From Candidatus Aminicenantes bacterium (GTDB lineage: Bacteria > Acidobacteriota > Aminicenantia > UBA2199), in NCBI GenBank assembly GCA_963759765.1, contig CAVXAL010000003.1:939409-1003408 (forward strand): a DNA stretch of 64,000 nucleotides, written 5' to 3'. Every line of letters starts with the position of its first letter. The first letter of the stretch is position 1. Both the position numbers and the translations under genes were made by a program. Positions 1 through 10,049 of this stretch are shown here, one piece after another. Below the pieces are notes generated by a model. It searched no databases, had not been told where the DNA came from, and worked only from the letters and a program-made list of their open reading frames with translations.

Positions 1-2829
1 AGAACGGCGGCCGAAATCCAGCAGGCCGAGGAACACATAGCCCCGGAACAGGACGATCCTGTCAACCAGCCCCTTTTTCCTGGGCCGCGGCGGCTTCTCC
101 ATGATACCCGCTTCCGGTTTCTCGACTCCAAGGGCCAGGGCGGGGAGGGTCTCGGTGCCCAGATCAATGGCCAGAATTTGCATGGCGGTGATCGGGGCGG
201 GCAGCCTGAATATCACGTAGAAGATGAAAGGCACGGCTTCCGGAATGAGGTGGGCGAAAATATAGGTGATGAACTTCTTGATGTTGTCAAAGACCGCGCG
301 TCCCTCTTCGATAGCGGAAACGATGGAAGCGAAATTGTCGTCGGTCAGCACCATGTCGGCTGCTTCCTTGGCCACGTCAGTGCCGCGGATGCCCATGGCC
401 ACGCCGATATCGGCGCGCTTGAGTGCCGGGGCGTCGTTCACGCCGTCGCCGGTCACCGCCACGATGTTTCCCAGTTCCTTGAAGGCGTTGACGATCCGCA
501 GTTTGTGCTCGGGATTGACGCGGGCGAACACGACCTCCTTGGCCAGTCGTTTTTTCAACTCTTCGTCGGTCAGGTTGTTGAGCTCGGCGCTGGTGATGAT
601 TTGGGCATCCGCGCTCGAGACGATGCCCACCTGGCGGGCGATGGTCATGGCGGTAATGCCGTAGTCGCCGGTGATCATCACCACGCGGATGCCGGCTTTC
701 TGACAGCGGGCGATGGCCGCGCGCACTTCGGGACGGGGAGGGTCGTACATGGCAGCCAGGCCGATGAACACCAGGTTTTTTTCAATGGTTTCGGCGCTGG
801 CCGACTTGGACTGCTCCGGTTCGACATCGCGATAGGCGAGGGCCAGGACCCGCAGCCCTTCGCTGGCCAGGGCGTCGATCTGGCTGATGATCTCATTCTT
901 TTTATCTTCACCCAGTTTTTCCAATGAGTCACCGAGAACAATCTGGGAGGAAAGGTCAAGGATCTCCTTGGGCGCGCCTTTGATGAACGCGCGCAGCCTG
1001 CCGTCCTCCAGGCGGTTGATGCAGCTCATGCGCTTGCGCACCGATTCGAAGGGAAAGCGCTGGACGTAGAGGCAGGCGTTGCGCTGGCTGTCGCAGTCAT
1101 AGCCCGCTTTGGCTGCCATGGTCAGCAGTGCCCCTTCCGTGGGATCGCCGCTGACGATCCAGTAGCGCCGGTTCTCGTCTGGAGGGAGCAGCTTGGCTGT
1201 GCTGCAGAGCATGCCGGCCTGCAGGAAGAGGTCGAAACGGTCCGCCCGCAGGTCGGCGGGGTCGATTTTTTGCTGGCCCAGGAAAAACTCGCCCCTGGGT
1301 TCGTAATCGGAACCGCTGACTTCGATCCGTTTGCCGTTGAGCCAGATTTTGCGGACGCTGATCTGGCTGGTGGTCAGGGTGCCGGTCTTGTCCGAGCAGA
1401 TGACGTTGGTGCAGCCCAGCGTCTCCACCGAGGCAAGTTTCTTGATCAGCGCGTGGCGCCTGGCCATGCGCTGCACGCCCATGGCCAGGGCCAGCGTGAC
1501 CGTGGGCATGAGCCCTTCCGGCACATTGCCCAGGATGATGCCGATGGCAAAGATCGCCGCACCGGCGAACGTCAGCCCGGCCGCCAGTCTGCCCACAACC
1601 AGGAACACGCCGCCCATCACCACGGCGAGCAGGGCGATGACCTTGGTCAGCCGGACGATCTCCTTCTGCAGGGGGCTGAGTTCCTCGCGGATGGTCTGGG
1701 TCAGGTAGGCGATCTTACCGATTTCGGTGCTCATTCCGGTGGCGATGACCACGGCCTTGCCCTGGCCCGAGACGACGCTGGTGCCGGCGAAAACCAGGTT
1801 GGGAAGTTCGTTCCAGATGAAGTTGACGCCGTCGCGGAACGGTTCGGCCATCTTGTAGCCCGGCCGCGACTCGCCCGAGAAAACGCTGTTGTCCACGCGC
1901 AGTTCATGAGCCTCGATTAGCCTGGCGTCTGCCGGGATGCTGTCGCCTTCCTCCACCAGGATGATGTCGCCCGGCACCACCTCGGAGGCCAGGATCTTGT
2001 TTTCCCGACCGGCCCGGATGATCCGGACATATATGGGCATCAGGTGCTTGAGGGCGGCCAGCGCCTTTTCGGCCCTGTACTCCTGCCAGAAACTGAACAG
2101 GGCATTGATCACGATGACAGCCATGATGGCCCAGCCGACTTCGGGCATCTGCACGATGAAAGCCAATATCGAACCGATCCACATCATCACGGCAAGGGTG
2201 TTGGTGAAATTGTGCAGGAAGCGCTTCCACAGGTCGCTGCGCCGGACTTTTTTCAATTCGTTGGTGCCGTATTCGCTCAGACGTTCCCTGGCTTGCGCTT
2301 CGCTCAGGCCGCTTTCCGAGGTATCGAGTTCGAGGTAAATCTCGTCCTTGCTGAGCGACATGAAGCCGCCTTTCTCGATTTCCTTGGCGCGCAGCAGCTG
2401 GTAGAGTTCGTCGTCATTGGCGGTCATGATCAGCTGCTTGACCAACTGCTGGTTCTTGACCAGGGCGGATATTTTAGAGAGGATTTGCAGATGGGTGCCG
2501 GTTTCGGCCAGGGGCGTCAGGAAGAGGACGATGAGTCGGACGGGCTTGTTGTCGAGCGAATTGAAATCGATCCCCTTCTTGGATATGCCCACAAAAAGGA
2601 TCACTTCATTCAGGTTTTCTATGCGGGTATGGGGGATGGCCGCGCCCAGGCCGATGCCGGTGCTCCCCTTGGTTTCCCGTTCCAGCAAGGAGCGCAGGAT
2701 CTCCCGGCTCTCCTTGAGTTTCTTGTGCTTGACGATGAGGGCGACTATCTCTTCCAATACCGCTTCCTTGTTCCGCGCCTTCAGGTGGGCGGCAACCAGG
2801 CGCTTGTCAATCAGAGATGCGATTTTCAT
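1..2829 (-). CDS. PTS EIIA-domain / P2-type cation-transporting ATPase fusion (runs off left edge)
   Basis: Manual translation from ATG 2829 (SD GGAGG upstream): [11 protein letters not shown]...[19 protein letters not shown] (EIIA), then [43 protein letters not shown]. Absent from ORF track because there is no stop in the window. Confidence 0.93.
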   Translation of the reverse strand, partial: MKIASLIDKRLVAAHLKARNKEAVLEEIVALIVKHKKLKESREILRSLLERETKGSTGIGLGAAIPHTRIENLNEVILFVGISKKGIDFNSLDNKPVRLIVLFLTPLAETGTHLQILSKISALVKNQQLVKQLIMTANDDELYQLLRAKEIEKGGFMSLSKDEIYLELDTSESGLSEAQARERLSEYGTNELKKVRRSDLWKRFLHNFTNTLAVMMWIGSILAFIVQMPEVGWAIMAVIVINALFSFWQEYRAEKALAALKHLMPIYVRIIRAGRENKILASEVVPGDIILVEEGDSIPADARLIEAHELRVDNSVFSGESRPGYKMAEPFRDGVNFIWNELPNLVFAGTSVVSGQGKAVVIATGMSTEIGKIAYLTQTIREELSPLQKEIVRLTKVIALLAVVMGGVFLVVGRLAAGLTFAGAAIFAIGIILGNVPEGLMPTVTLALAMGVQRMARRHALIKKLASVETLGCTNVICSDKTGTLTTSQISVRKIWLNGKRIEVSGSDYEPRGEFFLGQQKIDPADLRADRFDLFLQAGMLCSTAKLLPPDENRRYWIVSGDPTEGALLTMAAKAGYDCDSQRNACLYVQRFPFESVRKRMSCINRLEDGRLRAFIKGAPKEILDLSSQIVLGDSLEKLGEDKKNEIISQIDALASEGLRVLALAYRDVEPEQSKSASAETIEKNLVFIGLAAMYDPPRPEVRAAIARCQKAGIRVVMITGDYGITAMTIARQVGIVSSADAQIITSAELNNLTDEELKKRLAKEVVFARVNPEHKLRIVNAFKELGNIVAVTGDGVNDAPALKRADIGVAMGIRGTDVAKEAADMVLTDDNFASIVSAIEEGRAVFDNIKKFITYIFAHLIPEAVPFIFYVIFRLPAPITAMQILAIDLGTETLPALALGVEKPEAGIMEKPPRPRKKGLVDRIVLFRGYVFLGLLDFGRRS

Positions 2830-2905
2830 TAAATGCCTCCGCGGTAATGACCCTGTCCGTATTTTTTTTGTGGGAGTGCCAGGAGGGATTACCTTGGATG
2901 CGAAT

Positions 2906-2934
2906 ATTCTATTATAAAAATGGGCTCCCGTCAA
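2906..2934 (-). promoter_or_regulatory. sigma70-type promoter for the ATPase
   Basis: TTGACG-17bp-TAGAAT on minus strand. Confidence 0.65.
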
Positions 2935-3014
2935 TACGCCGCGGGTCTGCTGCCGGGCTCCTTTTTGCGTCCGCTGAGGTTGAATATGCCGCACCTTTCT
3001 GTTATTTTCGTTCC

Positions 3015-4772
3015 ATGAAAGGTCTGGGAATTATCGACCTTTTGATCATTGCGGTTTATCTCGCTGCCATGATCGCCATCGGCCTCTGGACTCGCCGTCG
3101 CGCGGCCCGGGGCGAAGGTGCCTATTTTCTCGCCGACCGGAAAATGCCCTGGTGGATGCTGGCCATGTCCGGTTCATCCTCCTACTGGGATGTGACGGGA
3201 ACGATGTGGATTGTTTCACTGCTCTGCGTTTTGGGAATGAAAGGGATGTGGCTGCAGTGGATCTGGGGATTCCCGCTGCCGGTTTTTTTTGCTTCGTTCA
3301 TGGGCCGCTGGATCAACCGCTCGCGGGTGCTGACCGCCGCTGAATGGATGAAGACCCGTTTCGGCGAAGGCGCGGCCGGCCAGGCGGCGCGCCTGGCCTA
3401 CGCCCTGCTGGCCATTGTCACCGTGGTCGGGTTCCTGGCCTACGGCGCGGTGGGCATGGGCAAGTTCGGCAGCCAGTATCTGCCTCTCTCCCGCCAGCTC
3501 TGCTCGGTCCTGATTCTGGGAGTCGCCGGTCTTTACGTCGTTTTCGGCGGCTATTACTCGATCATCTTCACCGAGGTGGTGCAGACGCTGATCATGAGCC
3601 TGGGCGCCCTGATCATCGCTTTTCTCGGCTTCAGACAGGTGCGGCTGGCTGCCGTGGCGGCGAAATTTTCCTTCAACTGGGCCAGCCTGGCCGTGCGCTG
3701 GAAAGATCCGGCTTTCGCTGAAACGGAATTTTTCCTTTTCGGCGCCCTGCTGATCGTCTGGGTGAGCAAGGGGCTGCTGCTCTGTTTCGGCGGACCGGAG
3801 CAGCTCTACGACTTTCAACGCTTTCTGTCGGCGCGCAACGAAAAAGAGGCCTCCAAGTTGGGCATGCTCTGGGGTCTGCTGCATACCCTGCGCTGGCCCA
3901 TGGCCATGGGCATCGCCCTGCTTTTTCTCAGCGGTTTCCAGGGGGTTGCCGACAGCGAACAGGTGCTGCCGGCGGTCATCCAGCGCTTCCTGCCCGTGGG
4001 CCTGCGTGGCCTGGTGCTGGCCGCGCTGCTGGCCGCCTTCATGGCCACCTTCAACTCCACGGTGAACGCGGGGGCCTCCTACCTGGTCATTGATGTGTAC
4101 CGGCGCTACCTGCGGCCGAGCGCCTCCTCGCGCAGCCTGGTGCGGGCCGGCTACATCTCTTCGCTGGCGCTGATCGCCGTCGGCGTTTTGATCGGTACCT
4201 TTGCCACTTCCATCCACCGGATGTTCCAGTGGATCATGGCGGCGCTGGGCGCGGGAGTGCTGCTGCCCAATTTCCTGCGCTGGTACTGGTGGCGGCTCAA
4301 CGGCTGGGGATTTACGGCCGGCGTGCTGGTCGGTATCGCGGCGTCGCTCGTGCAGGCCGTTTTTTTCAAAAGCGCACCCCTCTACCTCTATTTTCCGGTC
4401 ATCGCCGGTCTGGGGCTCGTGGCTGCGTTGCTCGTTTCCTTCCTGACCCCGGCCACGGATCAGGAGGACTTGATCCGTTTCTACCGCTCGGTGCAGCCGG
4501 CCGGGCTCTGGGGCCCGGTAGCCAGGAAAGCCCGGGAGCTCGATCCCGGTTTCCGCAAGGAGGCTTTCGGCCCCAGCATGCTCAATGTGGTGTTGGGAAT
4601 TCCCTGGCTTTTTTCCTTGTGGGTCTTTCCCATGTATCTGGTGGGACGCCAGTGGCGTTCGGCCGCGACTTTTTTCTCATTGGCCGTGCTCTTGACTCTG
4701 GTCCTGTATTTTACCTGGTTTAAGCCCCTGCAAAAGGGGAAAACAAAGGAGTTGCCCGGTGACCCGGCGTGA
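3015..4772 (+). CDS. Sodium:solute symporter (SSS) family protein
   Basis: YFLADRKMPWW, many TM helices, GLVLAALLAAFMAT motif; ATG 3015 preferred over ORF-track start 2817. Confidence 0.9.
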   Translation: MKGLGIIDLLIIAVYLAAMIAIGLWTRRRAARGEGAYFLADRKMPWWMLAMSGSSSYWDVTGTMWIVSLLCVLGMKGMWLQWIWGFPLPVFFASFMGRWINRSRVLTAAEWMKTRFGEGAAGQAARLAYALLAIVTVVGFLAYGAVGMGKFGSQYLPLSRQLCSVLILGVAGLYVVFGGYYSIIFTEVVQTLIMSLGALIIAFLGFRQVRLAAVAAKFSFNWASLAVRWKDPAFAETEFFLFGALLIVWVSKGLLLCFGGPEQLYDFQRFLSARNEKEASKLGMLWGLLHTLRWPMAMGIALLFLSGFQGVADSEQVLPAVIQRFLPVGLRGLVLAALLAAFMATFNSTVNAGASYLVIDVYRRYLRPSASSRSLVRAGYISSLALIAVGVLIGTFATSIHRMFQWIMAALGAGVLLPNFLRWYWWRLNGWGFTAGVLVGIAASLVQAVFFKSAPLYLYFPVIAGLGLVAALLVSFLTPATDQEDLIRFYRSVQPAGLWGPVARKARELDPGFRKEAFGPSMLNVVLGIPWLFSLWVFPMYLVGRQWRSAATFFSLAVLLTLVLYFTWFKPLQKGKTKELPGDPA

Positions 4773-6009
4773 ACGGGTGCTGGCTGCCATCGGCCATCAG
4801 GAAGCGGATCGCGTGCCGGTCGACCTGGGCGGCATGCGTTCAACCGGCATCACCGCCATTGCCTACAACCACCTGAAAGCGCATCTGGGTTTGCGCTCCG
4901 GCCGTACTCTGGTTTATGACGTGGTGCAGCAGCTGGCCCAGCCCGAACCGGAAATTCTCGAGCTGGCAGGAGCCGATGTGGTTGATCTGGGCCGCGTTTT
5001 CCTCACCGCTGAGAAAGACTGGAAGGAATTCGTCCTTGCCGACGGTACGCCGGCACGGATTCCAGGTTACGTCAACCTGGTTTCGGACGACCGGGGGGGC
5101 TGGCAGGCCCGGAGCGAAGACAACACGCTGCTGGGCGCCATGCCCAGAGGAGCGCCCTATCTGCACCAGGAGCATTTTCCGCTGCAGGATTGGGACGGCC
5201 GCGATCCGGCACCGCTGAACGATCTGCCGCGCCTGATGGCCAAAGTCACCTGGGCCGCATTCCCCACCGCGCCTTTCCACCGGCCGCTGACTCCCGAGCA
5301 CCTGGCGGAGATCCGCCGCCAGGCCCGACATCTTTATGAGACCAGCGATTACGCCATCATGGCCGGGTTCGGCGGCAACCTGCTGGAGTGGGGCCAGTTC
5401 CTCTGCCGCTTCGACCAGTTCCTGCTCGACATTCTGGCTGACCGGCCCAAGGTGGAACGGCTGCTCGACCGGCTGGTTGAAGTCCATCTTGAAAATCTGG
5501 AGAAATTTCTTGATGCGGTGGAGGGCTACGTGCAGATCATCCAGATGGGCGATGACCTGGGTACCCAGCTGGCGCCGCAGATATCTCCCCAAACCTACCG
5601 CGAACTCTTCAAGCCGCGCCACCGGCTGCTCTATGAACGCGTGCGGCGGCGCAGGGGCATGCACCTCTTTCTGCACTCCTGCGGTTCCATCGCGGACCTG
5701 CTGCCCGACCTGATTGACAGCGGTGTGGAGATCATCAATCCCGTGCAAACCAGCGCGCGCGGCATGGACCCGCAGAAGCTCAAGCGGGAATACGGCAACC
5801 ATCTGACCTTCTGGGGCGGCGGTTGCGACACGCAAACAGTGCTCCCGCAAGCGAGCCCCACGAGGGTGGCCGCGCACGTGCGCGAGAGGCTGAAGATTTT
5901 GGCGCCGGGGGGCGGTTTCGTCTTCGCCCAGGTACACAACATCATGCCGACGGTGCCGCCGGAAAATATCCTCGCCATGTGGCAGGCTGTCCGCGATTTT
6001 CAACTCTGA
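4759..6009 (+). CDS. Uroporphyrinogen decarboxylase-like / MtaA-CmuA family methyltransferase
   Basis: RERVLAAI..DRVPVDLG, GDDLGTQ, LHSCG, FWGGGCDTQ, GGGFVFAQVHNI. Confidence 0.85.
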   Translation: MTRRERVLAAIGHQEADRVPVDLGGMRSTGITAIAYNHLKAHLGLRSGRTLVYDVVQQLAQPEPEILELAGADVVDLGRVFLTAEKDWKEFVLADGTPARIPGYVNLVSDDRGGWQARSEDNTLLGAMPRGAPYLHQEHFPLQDWDGRDPAPLNDLPRLMAKVTWAAFPTAPFHRPLTPEHLAEIRRQARHLYETSDYAIMAGFGGNLLEWGQFLCRFDQFLLDILADRPKVERLLDRLVEVHLENLEKFLDAVEGYVQIIQMGDDLGTQLAPQISPQTYRELFKPRHRLLYERVRRRRGMHLFLHSCGSIADLLPDLIDSGVEIINPVQTSARGMDPQKLKREYGNHLTFWGGGCDTQTVLPQASPTRVAAHVRERLKILAPGGGFVFAQVHNIMPTVPPENILAMWQAVRDFQL

Positions 6010-6018
6010 GGCCCAGGG

Positions 6019-6513
6019 ATGATTGCGCCCATGGAACAGGAGGTGCTCGACCTGCTGACCCGCCTGGCGATCGCCTTTGAGCGGCACGAGCACCCGCCGG
6101 TGTTCACCGTGGAAGAGGCCGAAATCCACTGGGCCGGCATCGACGCCGTTCACTGCAAGAATCTTTTTCTGCGCAACAAGAAGGGGAATCGCCACTACCT
6201 GGTAATCGCCCCCTGCAGCAGGCAGGTCGACCTGCGCCGCTTAAACCGGCTGCTCGAGGAGGACCGGCTCTCCTTCGCCTCGCCGGAGCGCATGGACAGG
6301 TACCTGGGCGTGACGCCCGGTTCGGTTTCGCCCTTCGGGCTCATTCATGACCGGCAGCGCGAGGTTCAGGTCATTCTGGACGCCGAGCTGCAACAGGCCG
6401 AGCGCGTCGGATTTCACCCCAACATCAACACGGCGACGCTGGTTATTTCTTTTGCCGATTTCGTGCGTTTTCTCAAGCACTGCGGCCAGAACCCGCGTGT
6501 GCTCCAGCTTTAG
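6019..6513 (+). CDS. ProX/PrdX-type aminoacyl-tRNA deacylase (YbaK superfamily)
   Basis: HPPVFTVEE, KNLFLRNKKG, LGVTPGSVSPFG, FHPNINTAT. Confidence 0.9.
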   Translation: MIAPMEQEVLDLLTRLAIAFERHEHPPVFTVEEAEIHWAGIDAVHCKNLFLRNKKGNRHYLVIAPCSRQVDLRRLNRLLEEDRLSFASPERMDRYLGVTPGSVSPFGLIHDRQREVQVILDAELQQAERVGFHPNINTATLVISFADFVRFLKHCGQNPRVLQL

Positions 6514-6643
6514 CCAGATCAGCGTTGATCATTGAGTTTGCTTTGCTCCCCGGGCAGTGTATAATGGCGCTTCTTTGATTCGTCTTTTCGTTCCATCAAC
6601 TTCGCAGGCCTGACGGTCAGGCGGCAAGGATTCGGGTGCAGAC

Positions 6644-7315
6644 ATGGCTAGGGAACAATTGAACGAGTGGCAACAGTTTCGGAGATCGTTCTCCGGACAA
6701 TTGAAAAACATCGTGGCCCTCCTGTGTATTCCGACCGGGCTCTTTTTCTGGTTTCGCGACCGCAACCTGGTTCTGGCCATCCCCATGGCCGTGCTGGCGC
6801 CGCTGGCCCTCAACGCTCCGGCATTCATTTATAAAAAAGTCTCTTGGCTGCACGAACGCTACAACCTGAAGCTGTTGCAGACCTACGAATACTGCCTGAT
6901 CCTCATGATCATCTTCAGCGTGTCCGGATCCGCCTATCTCTTCTACCTGCATTACCAGTTCGATATCCTCGTGCACTACACCGAAAACTTCATCATCGCC
7001 TTTCTCTTGGTCCTGGGATTAAACATCCGTCGCGAGCGCAAGAGTCAGCCGGATTTTTCGGCGAAAAAGGCGGCCTGGCTGATTTTTATCTTCGGTGTTT
7101 GTTTCGCCCTCGGTTGGGAACTTTATCAGGTCGCCTGCGACCATTTCTTCCATACCAAGATGGCCTTCGATTCGTTTCAATCCTGGCTCGACGATACCCT
7201 GTCAGACATGGCCGGCGGCGTGCTCGGCCTGCTGGTCTTCACCCCCTTGATCATCCTGCCGTTCTGGGATTACCTGAATTCACTCATCCGCAGGGGCCAG
7301 GGCATTTCCCGCTAG
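6644..7315 (+). CDS. Membrane protein, DUF2238/VanZ-like
   Basis: About 6 TM segments; FDILVH, WE, DTLSDM motifs. Confidence 0.6.
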   Translation: MAREQLNEWQQFRRSFSGQLKNIVALLCIPTGLFFWFRDRNLVLAIPMAVLAPLALNAPAFIYKKVSWLHERYNLKLLQTYEYCLILMIIFSVSGSAYLFYLHYQFDILVHYTENFIIAFLLVLGLNIRRERKSQPDFSAKKAAWLIFIFGVCFALGWELYQVACDHFFHTKMAFDSFQSWLDDTLSDMAGGVLGLLVFTPLIILPFWDYLNSLIRRGQGISR

Positions 7316-7329
7316 GATACGACGTCCAA

Positions 7330-7358
7330 TTTGAATTTATCCATGCTTGTGCTATAAT
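7330..7358 (+). promoter_or_regulatory. Extended -10 sigma70 promoter for the MgtE-like/NRAMP pair
   Basis: TGc-TATAAT at 7350-7358 with a TTGAA-like -35 upstream. Confidence 0.5.
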
Positions 7359-7440
7359 TCTCTTGAGGCTTTTGAGAGGCAAAGCCCGCTGCCTTTTAGC
7401 ATTGTTTTAATGCCGTGACGGTTGAAGATAAGAAGGCACC

Positions 7441-8705
7441 ATGAAATTCCAAGGTGAGGTCTTTTTAAGCGAGCTGGTCGGCAAGAAGGTCCTGGCGCCC
7501 GACGGCGAGCGGATCGGCAAAGTGCGCGATTTCGTCGTCACCCCGGGCGAGGTGCTGCCTTTTATCGATAGCTTTGTTATCAGAAGGGGGGGAAGCGCTT
7601 CAAACTGCGCTACGAGGACATCGAGCTGTTCAACCGCCTGTTCACGGTCTCCCGTCTCAACTGCGAACAGGTGGAGCCGCGCCCCATCGGAGGGCGGGAC
7701 ATCCTGGCCGTCAAGCACATCATGGACAGGCAGATCGTCGACATCAACGGCGCTAAGGTGGTGCGCGTCAACGACATCAAGGTGCGCGAAATCGACGGCA
7801 AGCTCTCGCTGATCGCCGTGGACGTCGGCATGCGCGGCATCCTGCGCCGCCTGGGCCTGAAGCGCAACGACTGGACCTTCTGGAAAAAACTGGTGCACAA
7901 TATCCCCTATGACCTGATATCCTGGAAATACCTCCAAGCCCTGGAGCCGGAGATTACCCACCTGTCGCTGACCGTGTCCAAAGAACTGGTCGACCTGCAC
8001 CCCTACGACATCGCCGAGATCCTGACCCAGATCCCGCCGGAAAACCAGGAGTCGCTGATCAACACCCTGGGTGTCGACACGGTGGCCTCCGCCATCCCGG
8101 AAATGGACGAAAAGCACCAGAAAGAATTGGTCGAACGGCTTGACGAGGAGAAGGCCGCGGACATCATCGAGGCCATGTCGCCCGACGACGCCGCCGACAT
8201 CCTGGGAGACCTGACCGATGCCAAGGCCGAGGCGATCATCCAGGAGATGGAGGATAGCGAGGCTCAGGAAGATGTCAAGGAGCTGCTGCAGCATCAGGAG
8301 GACACCGCCGGTGGCCTGATGACCACCGATTTCCTGGCGATCAAGCCCGACCTGACGGTGGCCGACACCCTGGCGTTGCTGCGCCAGTTGAGCCCGGAAA
8401 TCGAGAACATCTATCAAATCTATGTGGTGGATGAGCAGGAGCGCCTCCTGGGCTACCTGCCGATCAACGACCTTTTTTGCAAACGGCTGGAGGCCCGCAT
8501 CGGTGACATCATGAACGTGCGCGTCAAAAGCCTGACCAGCGACCGCGGCGACATGGAGGCGGCGGAAATCATGGCCAAGTACAACCTCCTGTCCCTGCCG
8601 GTGGTCGGGGAGGGCAACAAGCTCCTGGGTATCATCACCGTGGACGATACGCTGGAGGTGCTCATCCCGTCGCTCAAGAAGCGCAGCCGCTATAAGCAGA
8701 AATGA
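7441..8705 (+). CDS. Soluble PRC-barrel + MgtE N-terminal + CBS-pair protein, no TM domain (1 frameshift near 7590)
   Basis: ORFs 7441-7812 and 7671-8705 join at a G7 run; LHPYDIAEIL, MSPDDAADIL, TAGGLMTT, LLGIITVDD. Confidence 0.85.
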
Positions 8706-9976
8706 GCCGCGACCTGCCCGCCACGGCCGAGAAAAAACATTTTTGGCGCAACCTGTTGATTTTTCTGAGCGTGGTGGGCCCCGGCATCATCACCGGCAGC
8801 GTGGACAACGATGTCGGCGGCATCACCACCTATTCGGTGGCCGGCGCCCGGTATGGCTACCAGTTGCTGTGGACCCTGCTGCCGGCTTTCGTGGTCCTGA
8901 TGGTGGTGCAGGAGATGAACGCCCGCATGGGCATTGTCACGGGCAAGGGGTTGGCCGACCTGATCCGGGAAAACTTCGGCGTGCGTGTCACTTTTTTCAT
9001 CTTCATCGGTCTGGTGATAGCCGACATCGGCAACACGGCGACAGAATTTGCCGGCGTGGCCGGCAGCATGATGATCTTCGGCGTGAGCAAGTACATCGCC
9101 GTGCCGTTGGCGGCTCTGGCCGTTTGGTTTCTGGTGGTCAAGGGCACATACAAGCTGGCCGAACGGATTTTCCTCGTTTTCAGCTTTTTCCTGCTCTCCT
9201 ACGTTGTTTCGGCCGTGCTGGCCAAGCCCCACTGGAGCGAGATCGGCGTCGCCCTGGTCAAACCCACATTCCAGATGAACCGGGAATTCCTGGGCATGGT
9301 GATCGGCATGGTCGGAACCACGATCGCGCCCTGGATGCAGTTCTACATGCAGTCGGCGGTCATTGAGAAGCGCATCAAATGGAAGGATTATAAATTCGTC
9401 GTCTGGGATGTGATCATCGGCTGCACGGCCACGGTGGTGGTGGCGTTTTTCATCATCGTCGCCTGCGCCTCCACCCTGCACGAAAAGGGGATCGTCATCG
9501 CCGAGGCCAAGGACGCGGCCATGGCCCTGAAACCGCTGGCCGGCGCCATCGCGGCCCAGATTTTCGCCTTCGGCCTGTTCATCGCCGCCATCTTCTCGGC
9601 CACCATTCTTCCTCTGGCCACCGCTTTTTACGTGTGCGAGGCTTTCGGTTTTGAAGCCGGGATAGACAAAAAGCTCCATGAAGCTCCCAAATTTTACGCC
9701 TTGTTCACGGCCATCATCGCCCTGGGGGTGATCATCATCCTGATTCCCGGCGCCCCGCTGATCACCATCACCATCTGGACCCAGGTGGTCAACGGCATCC
9801 TGCTGCCGGTGGTGCTGATCTGCATGATGATCATGGTCAATCGCCGGGAAATCATGGGCGAGCACGTGAACAAGCCCTTCCAGAACGTGATCGGCTGGTC
9901 AACGAGTTTCCTGTTGATCGTCCTGACGTTTTTCTTGATTGTGGCGCCCTTCCTCTCCAAGCTGGTCAAGAAATAG
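8702..9976 (+). CDS. NRAMP-related divalent metal (probably Mg2+) transporter
   Basis: GPGIITGSVDNDVGG and GTTIAPW replace canonical DPGN/MPH motifs; ATGA overlap with upstream gene. Confidence 0.88.
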   Translation: MSRDLPATAEKKHFWRNLLIFLSVVGPGIITGSVDNDVGGITTYSVAGARYGYQLLWTLLPAFVVLMVVQEMNARMGIVTGKGLADLIRENFGVRVTFFIFIGLVIADIGNTATEFAGVAGSMMIFGVSKYIAVPLAALAVWFLVVKGTYKLAERIFLVFSFFLLSYVVSAVLAKPHWSEIGVALVKPTFQMNREFLGMVIGMVGTTIAPWMQFYMQSAVIEKRIKWKDYKFVVWDVIIGCTATVVVAFFIIVACASTLHEKGIVIAEAKDAAMALKPLAGAIAAQIFAFGLFIAAIFSATILPLATAFYVCEAFGFEAGIDKKLHEAPKFYALFTAIIALGVIIILIPGAPLITITIWTQVVNGILLPVVLICMMIMVNRREIMGEHVNKPFQNVIGWSTSFLLIVLTFFLIVAPFLSKLVKK

Positions 9977-9981
9977 CTGCC

Positions 9982-10010
9982 TTGACAAAACGTCGACAGG
10001 CTGGTAAAAA
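9982..10010 (+). promoter_or_regulatory. sigma70-type promoter
   Basis: TTGACA-17bp-TAAAAA with TG extension. Confidence 0.55.
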
Positions 10011-10049
10011 TTGAATTTTGCGTTAAAGCCAACCACTGAGGAGACCGGC

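Noticed and set aside
178-2832. Long plus-strand ORFs in the track, and similar overlapping ORFs throughout
   Set aside because: They are antisense or alternate-frame shadows typical of GC-rich coding DNA.
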